Shown here: piece after piece, positions 36,834-50,114 of the stretch | How positions within the stretch are numbered: position 1 is the first letter of the stretch | Layout: each line of letters begins with the position of its first letter | Origin: the human T2T-CHM13v2.0 reference genome, Homo sapiens | Length of the DNA stretch: 64,000 bases | Strand: one strand, 5' to 3' | NCBI RefSeq assembly: GCF_009914755.1 | Contig: NC_060928.1 | The notes under the pieces: model-generated | Database searches by the model: none | What the model saw: the letters and a program-made list of their open reading frames with translations, nothing else | What the model was told of the DNA's origin: nothing | Translations under genes and position numbers: made by a program

Positions 36834-39800
36834 CTATAATGTTGGCTGTGGGTTTGTCATGGATGGCTCTTATTATTTTGAGATATCTTCTTTAATGCCT
36901 AGTTTGTTGAGGATTTTAATTATGAAGGAACATAAGATTTCGTAGAATGCTTGTCCACATCTACAGAGATAATAATATGGTTTTTGTTTTTAATTCTGTT
37001 TATGTGGTGAATCACATTTGTTGATTTTCATATGTTGAATCACCCTTGAATCCCAGAAATGAAATCTACTTCATCATGGTGTATTAACTTTCTGATGTGC
37101 TGCTGGATTTGGTTTGCTAGTATTTTGTTGAGAATTTTTGTGTCTCTGTTCATGAGGGATATTGGCATGTAGTTTTCTTTTTTCATTGTGTCTTTGCTGG
37201 ATTTTAATATCAGGGTGATGCTGGATTCATAGAATCAGTTATGGAGGAGTGGACCTACCTTGATTTTTGGGACTAGTTTCAGTAGGATTGGTACCAGCTC
37301 TTGTTTGTGTCTAAAATTAATCTGTGAATCCATCTGATCCATGACTTCTTTGGTTGGTAGGTTTTTTTTATTGCTGATTCAATTTCAGAACTCAATATTG
37401 GCCTGTTCAAGGTTTCAATTTCTTTGTGATTCAATACCTGGAGAGTATGTGTTTTCAGGAATTTTTCCATTTCCCCTAGATTTTCTAGTTTTTGTGCATA
37501 GAGGTATTCATAGCAGTCTCTGAGAGTCTTTTGTATGTCTGTGGGATCAGTTATAATGTCACCTTTGGCCTTTCTAATGGTGCTTATTTGGATCTTCTCT
37601 CTCTTTCTTTTGTTAATTTATCTAGTGGTGTATAAATCTTTATATTTTCAAAAATTAACTTTTGATTTTATTCTTTCTTTGTATGGATATTTGGATATCA
37701 ATTTTGTTCAGTTATGCTCTGATTTTACTTATTTCTTTTTTTGTTTTGGTTAGTTTTAGGGTTTATTTGTTCTTATTTTGTAGCTCTTCCAGGTGAGATA
37801 TTAGACCATTATCTTGATATCTAGGTAAGTGTTTAGCACTATAAACTTTTAACACTGTTTTTGCTACATCAGAGATTTTGGTGTTTTGTGTCTTCATTTT
37901 CATTTGTTTCAAATAATTTTTTATTACTGCCTTAATTTTTTTATCCAAAGGTCATTCAGAAACAAGTTGTTTAATTTCCATGTAATTTTGTGGGTTTTGA
38001 GAGATCTTCTTGGTATTGATTTCTATTTTTATTCAAATGGGGTCTTAGAGTATGGTTGGCATGATTTTGATTTTTTAAAAATTTGTCGAGACTTGCTTTA
38101 CGGCCAAGCATGTGGTTGATCTTGGAGTTTGTTTCATGAGAAAATGAGAAGAATGCATGTTTTTGTGTTTGAGGGATGGAGTATTCTGAAGATGTCTCTT
38201 AGGTTCAATTGGTCAAGTGTTTAATTTACATCCAAAATTTCTTTGTTTGTTTTTTACCTTGATGATCTGTCTAATCCTGTTACTGAGGTGTTGACATCCA
38301 CAACTTTTATTGTGTGGCTGCGTAAGTCTTTTGTAGGTCTAGAAATACTTTTTGATGATTCTGGGTGCTCCAATGTTGTATGCATAGATATCAAGGATAC
38401 TTAAATCTTTTTGTTGATTTGAATCCCTTATTCCCCTTATCATTATATAATGTCCTTCTCTGACTGTTTTAAAAAAAAATCTTGTTAGTTTAAAGTTTGT
38501 TTTATCTTGTATAAGACTAGTAACTCCCGCTCTGTTTCTGTGTTTCACTTGGGTGATAGATCTTCCTCCAGTCTGTCACTTTGAGCCTTTCAGTGTCATT
38601 ATATGTGAGACAGGCATCTTGAGGACAGCAGACAGATGGGTCTTGTTTTTTAATCCAAATTGACACTCTGTGCCTTTTTAGTGGGGTGTTTAAATTTTTT
38701 ACATTAAAGGTTAACATTGATATGTGAAGTTTTGATTGTGTTGTGTTGCTGTTAGCTGGTTATTTCATAGTTTCTATTATATGATTGTTTTATAGGGTCT
38801 GTGTGCTATGTGTGTTTTTGTGGTGGCAGGTATTGTTCTTTCATTTCTGTGTTTAGAACTCCTTTAAGGATTTCTTGTAAGGTTGGTCTAGTGGTAACAA
38901 ATTTCTTTAATGCTTGCTCATCTGAAAATGATTTTATTTCTCTGTCATTTATGAGGCTTAGTTTGGCAGGATATGAGATTATTAGATGGAATTTTCTTTT
39001 ATTTAAGAAAGCTGAAAATAAGCCCCTAATCTCTCTTGGTTTGTAAGGTTTCTGATAAGAAGTCCTCTATTAGCATGATGGGGTTCTTTTTGTGTGTGAT
39101 CTGACATTTTTCTCTAGCTGTCCTTAAGACTTTTTTCTTTAACATTGACCTTAAACAGTCTGGTAACTATATGCCTTGGTGATGCTCTTTTTGTGTAGTA
39201 TCTCACAGGTGCTCTCTGGAGTTGTGCTATCTGGATGTCTACCTTTCTTACAACATTAGGAATTTTTTTGAATTATTACCTCAAATATGTTTTTCAGTTT
39301 ATTTTCTTTTTCTTTGTCTCTCAGTAATACCAATATTTGATAGGTTTGGTCACTTTATATAATCCCACATATATTGAAGACTTTTCATTTTTTAAAATTC
39401 TATTTTCTTTATTATTGTCTGACTGAGTTACTTTGAATGACCAGTGATCAAGCTCTGAAATTCTTTCTTCTGTTTGGTCCAGTCTATTGATTAAGCTTTC
39501 AATTATATTTTGAAATTTCTTAATGCAGTTTTTCAATTCCAGAAGATCCAAGTGATTTCTTTTTCAGATTTTTATCCCTTCCTTCATTTCCTGTATTGCT
39601 TTAGAAGTTTCTTTGTCTTGATTATCAACCTTGTCCTGGATCTCATTGAGTTCAGTGCAACCCATGCTTTGAATTCTTTGTAACTTCTGAGTTCCCATTT
39701 TTGTTATAGACTGTTCTAAGTGAACTAGTGTGGCCCTTTGATGGTATCACTACATTCATATTTTTCATGGTGCCAGAATTCTTGTGCTGGTTTCTTCTCA

Positions 39801-40369
39801 TCTGGAGAAGCTGGTACTTGTAATTTTTGTAACTATTTTTGTGCAGGTAGAACTTTTTTTTTCTTTTTCTTCCTTTCCCTGTAATATTATTGTCTTTTTT
39901 CTGATTTCCCTTTTCCTTCCCCTTTCCCCATCTCCCTAGGGGATATGACCATAGAGAATGGTGGGTAGGGTCTTTTGACTTCGCTTCTGTAGCCCTATGC
40001 ATTTCTGTTGGCAGGTTTTATGTTGAGCTGTGCAGTTTGATGGTGCTTATGGGTAAGAGACAGCTTTGGCCAATGCTTCTGGGTAATTACTTAATCCTTT
40101 TTTGCTGAGAGAAGCTCTTTGTTGCCTAAGGAAATGGGCTGATTCATGGAGTGCACAGTCATCTAAGTTCTCTCCTCATTCCCAGGATGTGGGGGTCAAG
40201 ATGGACAGGGCTAGACCAGGCAGGTCCACCTACATGTCTCCTGTGGTAGCCACAAACACCACTGCCAAGGAAGAATCCAGTGAGTGGCCACTAAGTGCCC
40301 AGAGGTGTGGAGCTGGGAAACCTCAGCCCTGAGTTCTCTGCATGGGGATTTGAGGGCAACCAAAACTCC

Positions 40370-41010
40370 TAATCCAGGAGAGTGAGTTTTCCAGATATCT
40401 AGAGACCTGCGTGAGCATGGAAGGGAGAAGGTCACTCCATACCAAGATTGCTGCACAGGTGGGATGGGGTGACTCAGGCTGCTGAACCAGGCCAGCAGAT
40501 GCTTTGAATGCCTGGAGATTTGCCTGGGCATGAAGCAGAGTGGGCCCCCTTGCACCCTGATCTCTTCATAGAAAGGTTGGGCCACCTCAGGCTTCCAATC
40601 CAGGAAAGAAGGTGGTTTGAATGCCTGTAGATCTGCCTGGGTGTGGAGCAAGGAAGTCCTTACTTCACCATGATCTATGCACACAAAGGGTGGGGCAGTT
40701 CAGGCTGCTGATCCAGGTGAGTGAGTGCTTTGAATGCCTGGAGATCTGCCTGAGTGTGAAGTACAGAGGGGCCCCCTGAATAGGATTTCTGCACATAAAG
40801 GGTGTGACAGTCCGGGTTGCTGGTTTAGATGAGTGGGTGCTCCGAATGCTTGGAGATCTGCCTAAATCTGGAGTGAAGAGTAAGCCACTGTGCCACAGCT
40901 ACGTACAGGAAGGGTGGGGTGGGTCTGGCTGCTGAATCAGATGAGGAGGTATTCTGAATACCTGAAGACCTGCCTGGACATGGAGCAGAGAGGGTCCCAC
41001 TGTACCATGA
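40370..41010. repeat. Tandem array of ~113-bp units in the L1 5' region
   Basis: GAATGCCTGGAGATCTGCCTG-like cores at ~40393, 40506, 40619, 40732, 40844 and 40956. Confidence 0.9.
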
Positions 41011-42418
41011 TCTCAGGGGAGCTGGCTGGGGCACACAGCAATGACACTTATAGACCAGTTCTAGGTCGCCAAGCTGGCCCTGAATGCAAGTCTCATCATC
41101 CAGGAGAAAGAGCAGCTTTAATAGCTCTCCTCCTGCCCCAGGAATTCCAGCACCTACTGCTGAGGTGTTTTCAGTTTTGGCTGTTGAGACCCCTACCCTC
41201 ACTCCAGTGCAGGGATTCCAATCTCTGGCCCAAGGCTAAAATGCCTGCATAGCCATGCTGCCAGTTTGCCAAAGAATGGCTGACTTTATATGTCCCTGGA
41301 TTAAAATTGGCATCTTGCCCTAAATCCCTGGTGTGAGAACATGTTTGCAGCTTTCCTCCTTGTCTTTTCCTCACAGTGTCTCCAATCCTATCCCCCTGTT
41401 AGCTCCAGTGCTTATAAGAAGACCAAGTGCTTTCCCTTGGCCTGGGTTGCTCAGGTCTCCAGTGGAAAGGTAAGCTACAGAGGGAGGCTCTCTGCCACTC
41501 TCACATACTGAGGCTTCATTCACTTCTACTAGCTGGATGTCATCACGGGAGCTGTTTTCCTGCATCCTCCCTGGGATCTGGGGTCTTATTCACAATTCTG
41601 GTGGATTCCTGTTTTCCTTCTCGAATTAAACCCCACAGAGTTTATCGTTATGTATTGCTTGCTATTTCCAAACGGTTGAGGCATGCTAAAATCCTCTAAT
41701 CTACCATCTTGGAAAAAATTTAATTTCTTCTTTGGAAGATTTATTTAATACCATAAGAGAACCTGTGCTATCACTTTACTGAAAAAGAAATGACCACATT
41801 ATGGGTAAGTGTTTAGAGACAGCAATGCAAGTTTCAGAAGAGTTTATAGAGATTGCTCACTGAGAAACTTAATCAAGATTACCTGGTGGCTTGCAATTAA
41901 GAATTAGGGCCAATGCAAATACTTGTCATATTTTGAGATGTAAAGCCAACACAAAATGATATTAATGTAATTATCTGTGATAGTTCTTTACTCAAGTAAA
42001 TAAAGTAAATAACATTTTTTCACTTTCACTGCATTGGTTTACTTTAATTACTTTCTATTTATGGCTAATGATACTTGATATTCTATGTTTTGTATTAATT
42101 TAAGAATTCCTTTTTTAAAACTAAATTTATTCTAGAAAAATAAGTCGTTTTATTCAAAACATATATTAAAGGTTCTTGGATATGAAAAACTCCTAAAATG
42201 TATACATTATTTAAAAAGTATAGGAAAATGGGATTCTCATAATCTTTACATGTTACTTCTTTAAGCACCCTGACTGACTCTTTTTCTGGCCTTTTGCAAC
42301 ATTCAACAATTCTTATGGACAATAGTTATAATTTTATCCATTCAAGATTTTATTTCTTGCAAGTTGAACTAATTTCATCTTGTTTTCCATCATGAAAATA
42401 TTGTGGCTTTTTCTTTTC

Positions 42419-43565
42419 TGTAGTTCAGTGAGTGGGAGGGAGTGGGACTCATCAGGTTTTTCTTTCCCATAGTTTGGCAAGCAGGAGGGAGTGGCAATCA
42501 AAGGCCTTTTTGCCCCTGAAGCTTGGCAAACAGGAGGGTTACACCTCTTTCATTCCCACTGCCCACAGCTTGGTGAGTTCCAGGTTCTTGTCCCATGACC
42601 AAGAGGAATAAGGTATGCAGACAGGGGAGAGAGACTAAGGCAGAGAAGAATGCTATTGAGTAACATAAGAAAAGCTCTCAGCTGCAAGAGGGGACCCTGA
42701 AAACAGGTAGCCATCTGTGAGGCTGAGTCCAGGGTTTTTATGGGCTTAGAATGGGGGAATGTATGGGTGGTCTTGGAAAAAGAACCATCTGATTGGTTAA
42801 AAGGCATCATCCAGAAGGAAACAATAGAGAAAGAGAGTAAGACAGGGATTGTGGCAGACTGTCACAGTTACTTCTTGAGACCGTCATTACAGCAGTTACT
42901 ACTGTTACTGCTTGAGACCATCATTACAACAGTTACTACTGTTACTGCTTGAGGCTGTCATTACAGCAGTTACTACTGTTACTGCTTGAGACCATCATTA
43001 CAAGACTGAACAAAGGGATGAACATAGAAAATGATAATAAAAAACAAAAGAGACTGTTTTAAAGGAAAGGTCCAGGGGAAGAAGAGAGCTCCCTGCTTCT
43101 AGTGGGCAAAGGCAGCCCCTGAGCTTCCACTGCCCTTCATATTTATCGGGTAACAAGAGCAAGGAGGAGGAGGTAATGATTGGTCAGCTGCTTAATTGAT
43201 CACAGGTTCATATTATTACTAACAGGCTTCAGATGTACCTAATCACAAGAAACATTGGACTTGGGGCATGATTGCCCTCAGCATTCTTTCTGGGTGGCAG
43301 ATGTAGTTTGTCAGTTTGCCAACATTCTGTGTTTATGAGAACAGTTTGCTGTTTAGTCATATAGCCTCCAGTGGTATACTGAGTTGATCACGACCCTCAG
43401 TCTTTCGGCCTCCAACAAGGGATAGATGTTTTCACTCTGGTCTTGAACTCTATCTGGAACTAGCAGCTCGGTTTTCAGGTTTTAAACTGTCTTTGGCTCG
43501 AAGGTCAGGTTTCATTGGGTCTGTCCCTGTCTACCTAGGAATTTGTCTGTCTCCTGTTGCTATCA
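42419..43565 (-). mobile_element. MER50-like ERV1 LTR, interrupted by an ERVK LTR
   Basis: Minus-strand start TGATAGCAACAGGAGACAGACAAATTCCTAGG..CCAAAGACAGTTTAAAACCTGAAAACC; ends GAACTACA. Confidence 0.8.
42850..43417 (-). mobile_element. ERVK solo LTR (LTR14B-like)
   Basis: Perfect 6-bp TSD AGGGAT at 42844-49 and 43418-23; TG..CA ends; minus-strand start TGTTGGAGGCCGAAAGA. Confidence 0.85.
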
Positions 43566-44654
43566 GTAGCTACTACTTCATATTACATACACTGAACCAT
43601 GTTACCTGTTACTGGATTGTGGCAAAATGTAAAAAGTCATTTCTACCAACTGTTTGGGTTAGTAAAACGTATCTATAAGAGAGGCTGAGTACTATTAATT
43701 ACCCTTTACCAAGTTGCAGAATACCAGGAAGATAATCTTAAGATTACCATGCAATATGTATTTTAGCATGCAATATATATCTTAAATTTTCTCAGCAATT
43801 GCCTAAAAATTATGAAGAGATAATGATGAAACACATATCATTCAAATATGCTTCCCTTGACCTGAAATTCTGATTTAAAATCATTTGTAAAAAGCATATT
43901 ATTTTATGTGAATTAAAGTCAAGTGGTAATAGCAGGCCTAGTAACTAAATCAGTTGTCTGTATTAGTTTCCCTAAGAGAAAATGATGATAGTCCAGGGAC
44001 AGAAAGTCACAGAAGACAAGAGTGAGTATTGACAGAAAATGTAGTAAGCCTGTGAGAGAAAAACATACTTTGCCTTAACAGATGGTTTAAAAATGGTCGA
44101 ATTTTACTTAAAAAAGAATGTACACACATCTTTCAGAAAGAAAGAAAGGCTTCAGTAGATCAATTTTAAGATGTCAGTTTGTCTCAATACACAAAAAGTT
44201 AATAATTAAAGATTTTGGCAATGAATACTAAGAAAAAAACATCTTTAATCACATATTACCACAGTAATACATATGTTTCTATTGTTCAACTAGATATCAA
44301 TTACTGATGATACTACTGGTTTAAAAAAGATTTTACATCTTGTGATAAATATGCTGAAATTTTTTCTTATGCCTTATTTTCAAATGGCTATTTTTTAAAA
44401 TGTATGGTTATTAAAACATCTTAGCCTAATGATGGTCCACAGCTGTATCACTACTACCCAACAATATAACAATAATAGTTCCATCTCAGTGTGTCCAAAA
44501 ATCACATTTCCTATGGCATAAAAGAGGTCAAAAACCAAAGAAAAGAGGCACCCTCCTATTAAAGAGAAAAAGAAAATTGGTGCCTTTCAAAATATGAGTC
44601 ACTAAAGTGAATGGGCTACGATTGCCTTAGGAATAGACACATGCAGGCGTGAAC

Positions 44655-44688
<34 letters not shown>
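44655..44688. repeat. (CG)n(CA)n microsatellite
   Basis: CACACGCGCGCGCACACACA... Confidence 0.95.
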
Positions 44689-45949
44689 GCACTTAAGCTA
44701 CCACTTTTCCAAGAAGGAATTGAAATGAGAAAACAGAGCCAGCCCAAATGCAAAGAAAATATAACAACTCATCTTTGTCACTTCCACCCCTTTTTAGAGC
44801 AGTTTTCACTTTTGACGCTAGGTTCTATTGTTACTTTGGTAGCTTGTTTTGTCTTGTGTAGAATAATGCAAATATGAGTGTTCCATCATGATCTTTCTAG
44901 CATTCTTCCTTAAGCAGAGCTCCCTTGAGAGTTCTTCAAAGAGAAGTTGAATGATTAATCTGATTTTGCTTCCCTGGGATTACTCATTAGTAAGGTAACA
45001 ATGGGCACTCTTCTGTTTTAAAGTCCTAACATCATTGCAATTCATCCCAGAGGTGATATGAATTGTTCCATTCTATAAGAGTCTGAAGAGCAGCCAGTCC
45101 TTTCAGAAATGTACCTCTGTCAAAGAAACTGGAATCTGCAGCTTCTCTTCTTGACTAGTGAAAAGTAATCTGTTTATTTCCTATGGGGCTATATAATTTT
45201 GTGGGTGACTAAAAACAGTGAAGATATTATCAGCTTAATCCTTGGAATAGTGTAATATGCTTTGCAATAAAATTTGTGACTCTCATAAAATATTGAGGTC
45301 TTTAATGACCTGAAAACTTCTTGCTAAAAAAACTGTAGATTGATCAACATATGTTTTGTGTTTGTGTTTAATGTTGATCATTAGACTGCTCTCTCTGTAT
45401 TCTCCTTGCCACTTTCTTTCCCTCACTCACACTTAGCCCTAGCCTTCCACTGGTTATGTGCTCTGCCTCTCCCATATGCCCTCTTAAGAACATTAAATTT
45501 AGTGCCATATCACTGCAGACATTTCTCCCTCAGAATTCCTAAGTTGGTCTTCCAATTTCTAATTTAATATTTTTGAGGCATCTCATGTCTTTGACAGCTT
45601 TGATTTATAGAGAAAGATTATTCCCCAGTCCCTCTTCACAACAACTCACCCCTTTGCTTGACTAGATTTTATTTTCTTTAAAGAAAGAGGACATGCCAAT
45701 TTGGTTAGTTCAAGTTCATAACAATTGACTGAGCCACATTGGTGTGTATATTTTGTCTAAGTGGGAAGACTCCTCTTATGAATGGTTACTTCCTTTTTCT
45801 GTGACTGAATGGATCAAGGAATTTAAAATAGGCCTCTCTCTTTTTCTTCCTTTCTCTATACATGAAAATAAGTGATAAGGTTGGGAGGGCCTGATATGTC
45901 ATGATGAAGATAGCATGATGATGATAATAATTATCATCATTGTGATAAC

Positions 45950-46130
45950 TCATATTTATTGAAACTTTTGACCATGCTTTGTAGCATTTTACATAGATTA
46001 GCACAGTTATTATTCATAACTCAAGTATGGGGTAGATGATTATTCCTACTTCACAGACAGGAACAATGAGACACAGATAAGTTAAGGACTTATCCAAGAA
46101 GTTGGCATTGTTGAAATTAAGCCCAACCAT
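45950..46130 (-). mobile_element. MIR SINE
   Basis: TATTCCTACTTCACAGACAGGAACAATGAGACACAGATAAGTTAAGGACTTATCCAAG. Confidence 0.75.
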
Positions 46131-46509
46131 CTTGCATCTTCTTTATCCTTGATTTATTTCCCCTGTGCAACTGTTAAGAATGTGGCAAGATCTCAAGATT
46201 TGGATTTGGGAAAGGAGTAAATGTGAAAGTGATGCAGGGAGTAGAAGTCTCTGTTTGGCTTCCAAGACTAAAGCATGTGTTGAACTTAGCTATTAACAGA
46301 GTGCATAATAAGGGTATTGGGCAGTATTTGATTCTCATTTTGCTGCTGTTCCTTTAGGATAATGCTTTCAGAGAGTTTATGGGTGGAATTTGGGGATGCA
46401 ATGGTTTAATTGGCAAGAGCAACAGTTTTCCATTCCTGTCTTTAATGTCAGCTAACTTCACCCCAAACCCACCATTATTACTAATGTTTATAACATTAAT
46501 TACAACTTT

Positions 46510-46802
46510 TTTTTTTTTTTTTGAGACAGGGTCTTGTTTTGTTACCCAGGCTAGGGAGCAGTGATGTGATCATAGCTCACTGTAACCTTGAATTCCTGGG
46601 CCAAAACCATCCTCCTGCCTCAGCCTCCGATTAGATAGGACTACAGGCATGCACCATCATGCCCAGCTAATTTTTAAAATTGTTTTTGTAGAGACAAGTC
46701 ACTATGTTGCCCCAGGCTGGTCTTGAAACCTTGGCCTCAAGAAGTTCTCTCACCTCCGCCTCTCAAAGTGCTGGGATTACAGATTACCATTGTGCCCAGC
46801 CC
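46510..46802 (-). mobile_element. AluJ element
   Basis: TSD TAATTACAACTTT at 46497-509 and 46803-815; GATCATAGCTCACTG and ACTATGTTGCCC are J-type. Confidence 0.93.
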
Positions 46803-48269
46803 TAATTACAACTTTATAGCATAAAACTAGTTTAAATTCGCTTTTCTATAGCTTCCATGTATTGAAAGCAATATAAAGCTTACTTTCTTTTCCACGACCT
46901 TCAAGTTTTTGAAAAATCAGCCTGGTTTAGTGACCAAAACAGAGTGACTTCTTGGTTTATACTTTCCCAGTCCATTGATCCTACAAAGAAGTAAAGGGGG
47001 GAAAAAGTCATTGTGTGAAAGCCTCTGTCTCATTTAGCCTAAACCAGAGATATGCCCACTTCAGGACAGATAATGAGGATGCTACAAGAAAACTCTTTGC
47101 ATGAGGGAACTTTTGAGATGACAGTTACACCTTAAAAAAATTAGATAAGCTTGCCCTTGTAGAGGCCAGAATTGAGTCTGTTCACGTTATGGTGTTTATT
47201 GACTAGATTTATTCCTAGTTCAGCCACTAGGGTTTCATTCATTTATTCTGAAGAGCAGGGAGAGAAGTTAGGATGATAGAGAAAACGGAGAAATTGACCA
47301 AGGGACACAGAAACTGATGGAAATATTTCCCTTCAAGAATCCTTAAAATTTTGGGATTCAAAAACAGTATTTTCTTAGTGTTCTTGGGACACTACTGAAC
47401 CTACAACCTGGATTTGATTTTTTCCTTTTTTGTATTGAATCTACAACCTGGATTTGAACCCTAATGTTGGAAAAAATTGAAAATGGATTTGTTATCACCA
47501 GCGCTCCAGGGTATTTTGCTTAGCAGAAGTAGTGCCAATAGTACTTGGGAAAAAAAAAAATCTCAACCTAGTAAGAGATAAAGTGCCTTCCTGCAGTTTT
47601 GGAGACAGTTGGAAACTCAGCAGTTGACAGCACTGAAGAGAGTCAGAGTTGAAGAAATAATACTTGGATACTTGGATATCCTGTGGTTGCTAATTGACAT
47701 GGTCATGAGTATCCAGAAAATACACTGTAGGATAGGATAACTGGGGTGATTTTGGCAGGCACTCTCTTTAAAAGAACTGGAGATGCTGCAGTGGCATTGG
47801 ACAGTGTAGTAGCACAGACAGAAAATGAAGTATGTTTTTCTAAATCTGACCTTTTTGCAAACCCTAGTTTTGCCTGGCCGAATAACAAATAGGTTGCCTG
47901 TGTCTAGAAATCAGTTCTAAGTATACAGTTCCAAAAAATTAATAACAGATGTTACATGTTCAATTTAATTAAAGAATCACTTACGAGCACACTATGTGTA
48001 TAGCACTGTGCTAAATGCCATGGACAATTTAAACTTCCAGTGGTCTTAGGGGAAAAAAAATAACATGCAAATATAGAGCAGTTTTACATAATGGGCAGCA
48101 ATTCATTGTTTAGGAAAATAAATATTTAGAACTTACCTTCCAGAGAGGGAAAAAATGCAAGTGGCTTGCGATGTGTTGCAAAAGACAGCATCAGGAATGG
48201 AGTCTGTGATGAAGAACTTAAAAGATGATCTGGATCAGAAGAGAAAGACAATAGCCCGGGTGCATATTC

Positions 48270-48395
48270 TAAACCCTAGAATGTAAACTCCACAAAGGCA
48301 ATTTTATGTTTCTTCACCAGTATATGCTCAGAATCCAGAACGGTGTCTGGCACACACTAGATATTCAATAAATCTTTGTTAAATGAATGAATTCT
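48270..48395 (+). mobile_element. L2 3' end
   Basis: CTAGAATGTAAACTCCAC...GTGTCTGGCACAC..TTCAATAAATCTTTGTTAAATGAATGAA. Confidence 0.8.
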
Positions 48396-48869
48396 GAATT
48401 GTTTAAATGCTTTAAAACTACTGGATTCCATTCTGTGATGGAATTTGAGATGATCTATTTAGAGAAAAGTTTTTTCTCTCTGGACTTAATTTTGGCAATG
48501 AATATGAGTAAGGTTGACCAATTTCTGTCTCATATCAATTAAACCTTTCATGGGTTTTTAGTCAAATGCAGCCATTAATGAGCAGATGCCCAGGGCAATG
48601 ATAATTATGATGATAATGCTTTGCCCGTACACCATCTCCCTTATCCATATAAACCTAAGTGCTTTACTAACAGTAATTATCACAGTGCTTATGGGAGATA
48701 AGGAAGTATAATTAACACCTTGTACAGATAAAAATGGGAATAGAGAGACATTAAACAGCCAGCTCAGAGAGATGTAGTAAAATCAATTATTTATTATTTT
48801 TAAAATGTTAACCCTCAATCTGATTATTAAGCCTTGAAAACAAAGAGGCACCAATATTTGATAACTGTT

Positions 48870-49630
48870 TGTATTAGTCAGGGTTCTCCAAAGAAATAGA
48901 ACCAATAGGATAGATCTATATATCTTTATCTTTGTAGATATTTACACAGATATCTACACCTATAGATATATAGAAAGATATTATCATGAGGGATTCGCTT
49001 ATTATGAGGGATTTATTTATTTATTATATTTATATATATTTATATATATAATATATTAATATATTTATTATTATTATTATTTATTTTTATATTTATATAT
49101 TTATATATATATTTATATTTATATTTATATATATTTATATATTATTAATATATTTATTATTATTATTATTATTATTATTTATTATTTATTATACAAGGGA
49201 TTGGCTTATGCAATTACGGAAGCTGAGAAGTCCCATGATTTTCTATCTGTAAGATTGAAGTCTACAAATCCAGTGGTGTAGTTCCAGTCCAGACTCTAAG
49301 GCCTGAGAACCATGGGGCCAATGGGATAAGTCTCAGTCCAAGTCCCAAGGCCCAAGTACTGAGTGCCAATGTTCAAGAACAGAAGAAGATGGATGACCCA
49401 GTTCAAGCAGAAAGAACAAATTTGCCTTTCCTCTGCCATCCTGTTTTACTTGGGTCCTTTATGGATTGGTGATGCCCACCCACATTGTTGAGAGGGATCT
49501 TTACTCATTCCACTGATTCAGATGCTAAACTCTCTGGAGACACCCTCAGACACACCCTCAGAAATAATGTTTGACCAGCTATCTGGACATCCCTTAGCTC
49601 AGTTAAGTTGACATAAAATTAACCATCACA
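48870..49630 (-). mobile_element. MLT2 (MLT2C/D-like) ERVL solo LTR with an internal AT-rich expansion
   Basis: 5-bp TSD CTGTT at 48865-69 and 49631-35; TGTATTAGTCAGGGTTCTCC...AAAATTAACCATCACA. Confidence 0.92.
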
Positions 49631-50086
49631 CTGTTGAAATCATGAGTTCATTTGAATCTCTTTTTGGCATGGTAGTGAGATGAGGTAAATGAATATCTAT
49701 TTTAAACTTTCTCAATGTATATACTCATTGAGACCTAATCTGAATTCTTGTACAAATTGTTGGGTGATAACAGGGTAAGGGAAGTGTGTACTTCTTAGCA
49801 GCCTTCTATGTAAGTTTCCTTGGCTCATATAAATCTAGGAATATAATAATTATTCAACTCTCAAATTGAAATGGTGTCACATGTTTGGTTTCTTGCTCTT
49901 AAAGTTCTACTTTTTTCCTCTCACTTGTAAAATGGCCTTACCTCATACACTAAGTCTCTGGTAAATGGGTCTTAAGAACAATTGAGTTACTTTGGTTAAC
50001 TATCAAAATAAGTTTACTTTTTTATCTTGCTTTAATTTTATTTTCCATTCATAGTGATGAAAGTCTATTGAAGTGTGCACATAAAA

Positions 50087-50114
50087 GTGTGTGTGTGTGT
50101 GTTTGTGTGTGTGT
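50087..50114. repeat. (TG)n microsatellite
   Basis: Seen directly. Confidence 0.95.

Larger units (their letters stand above)
33954..41722 (-). mobile_element. Near full-length old primate L1 (L1PA15-17/L1PB era), degraded
   Basis: 3' end TTTAGATTCAG..ACATATGCAGGTTTGTTAC; ORF2 and ORF1 fragments (MRRNQHKNSG..., MLTFNVKNLNTPLKRHR...); 5' start CAAGATGG at ~41710; candidate TSD ATTTCCTCTTTG (33942-53) / ATTTCTTCTTTG (41723-34). Confidence 0.9.

Noticed and set aside
40370-41010. Regularly spaced repeats resembling a CRISPR array
   Set aside because: The whole unit is homologous (no unique spacers), it lies in an L1 5' region of primate DNA, and there are no cas genes
42866-43002. 37-bp repeat array
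   Set aside because: Head-to-tail repeat inside an ERVK LTR, with no spacers
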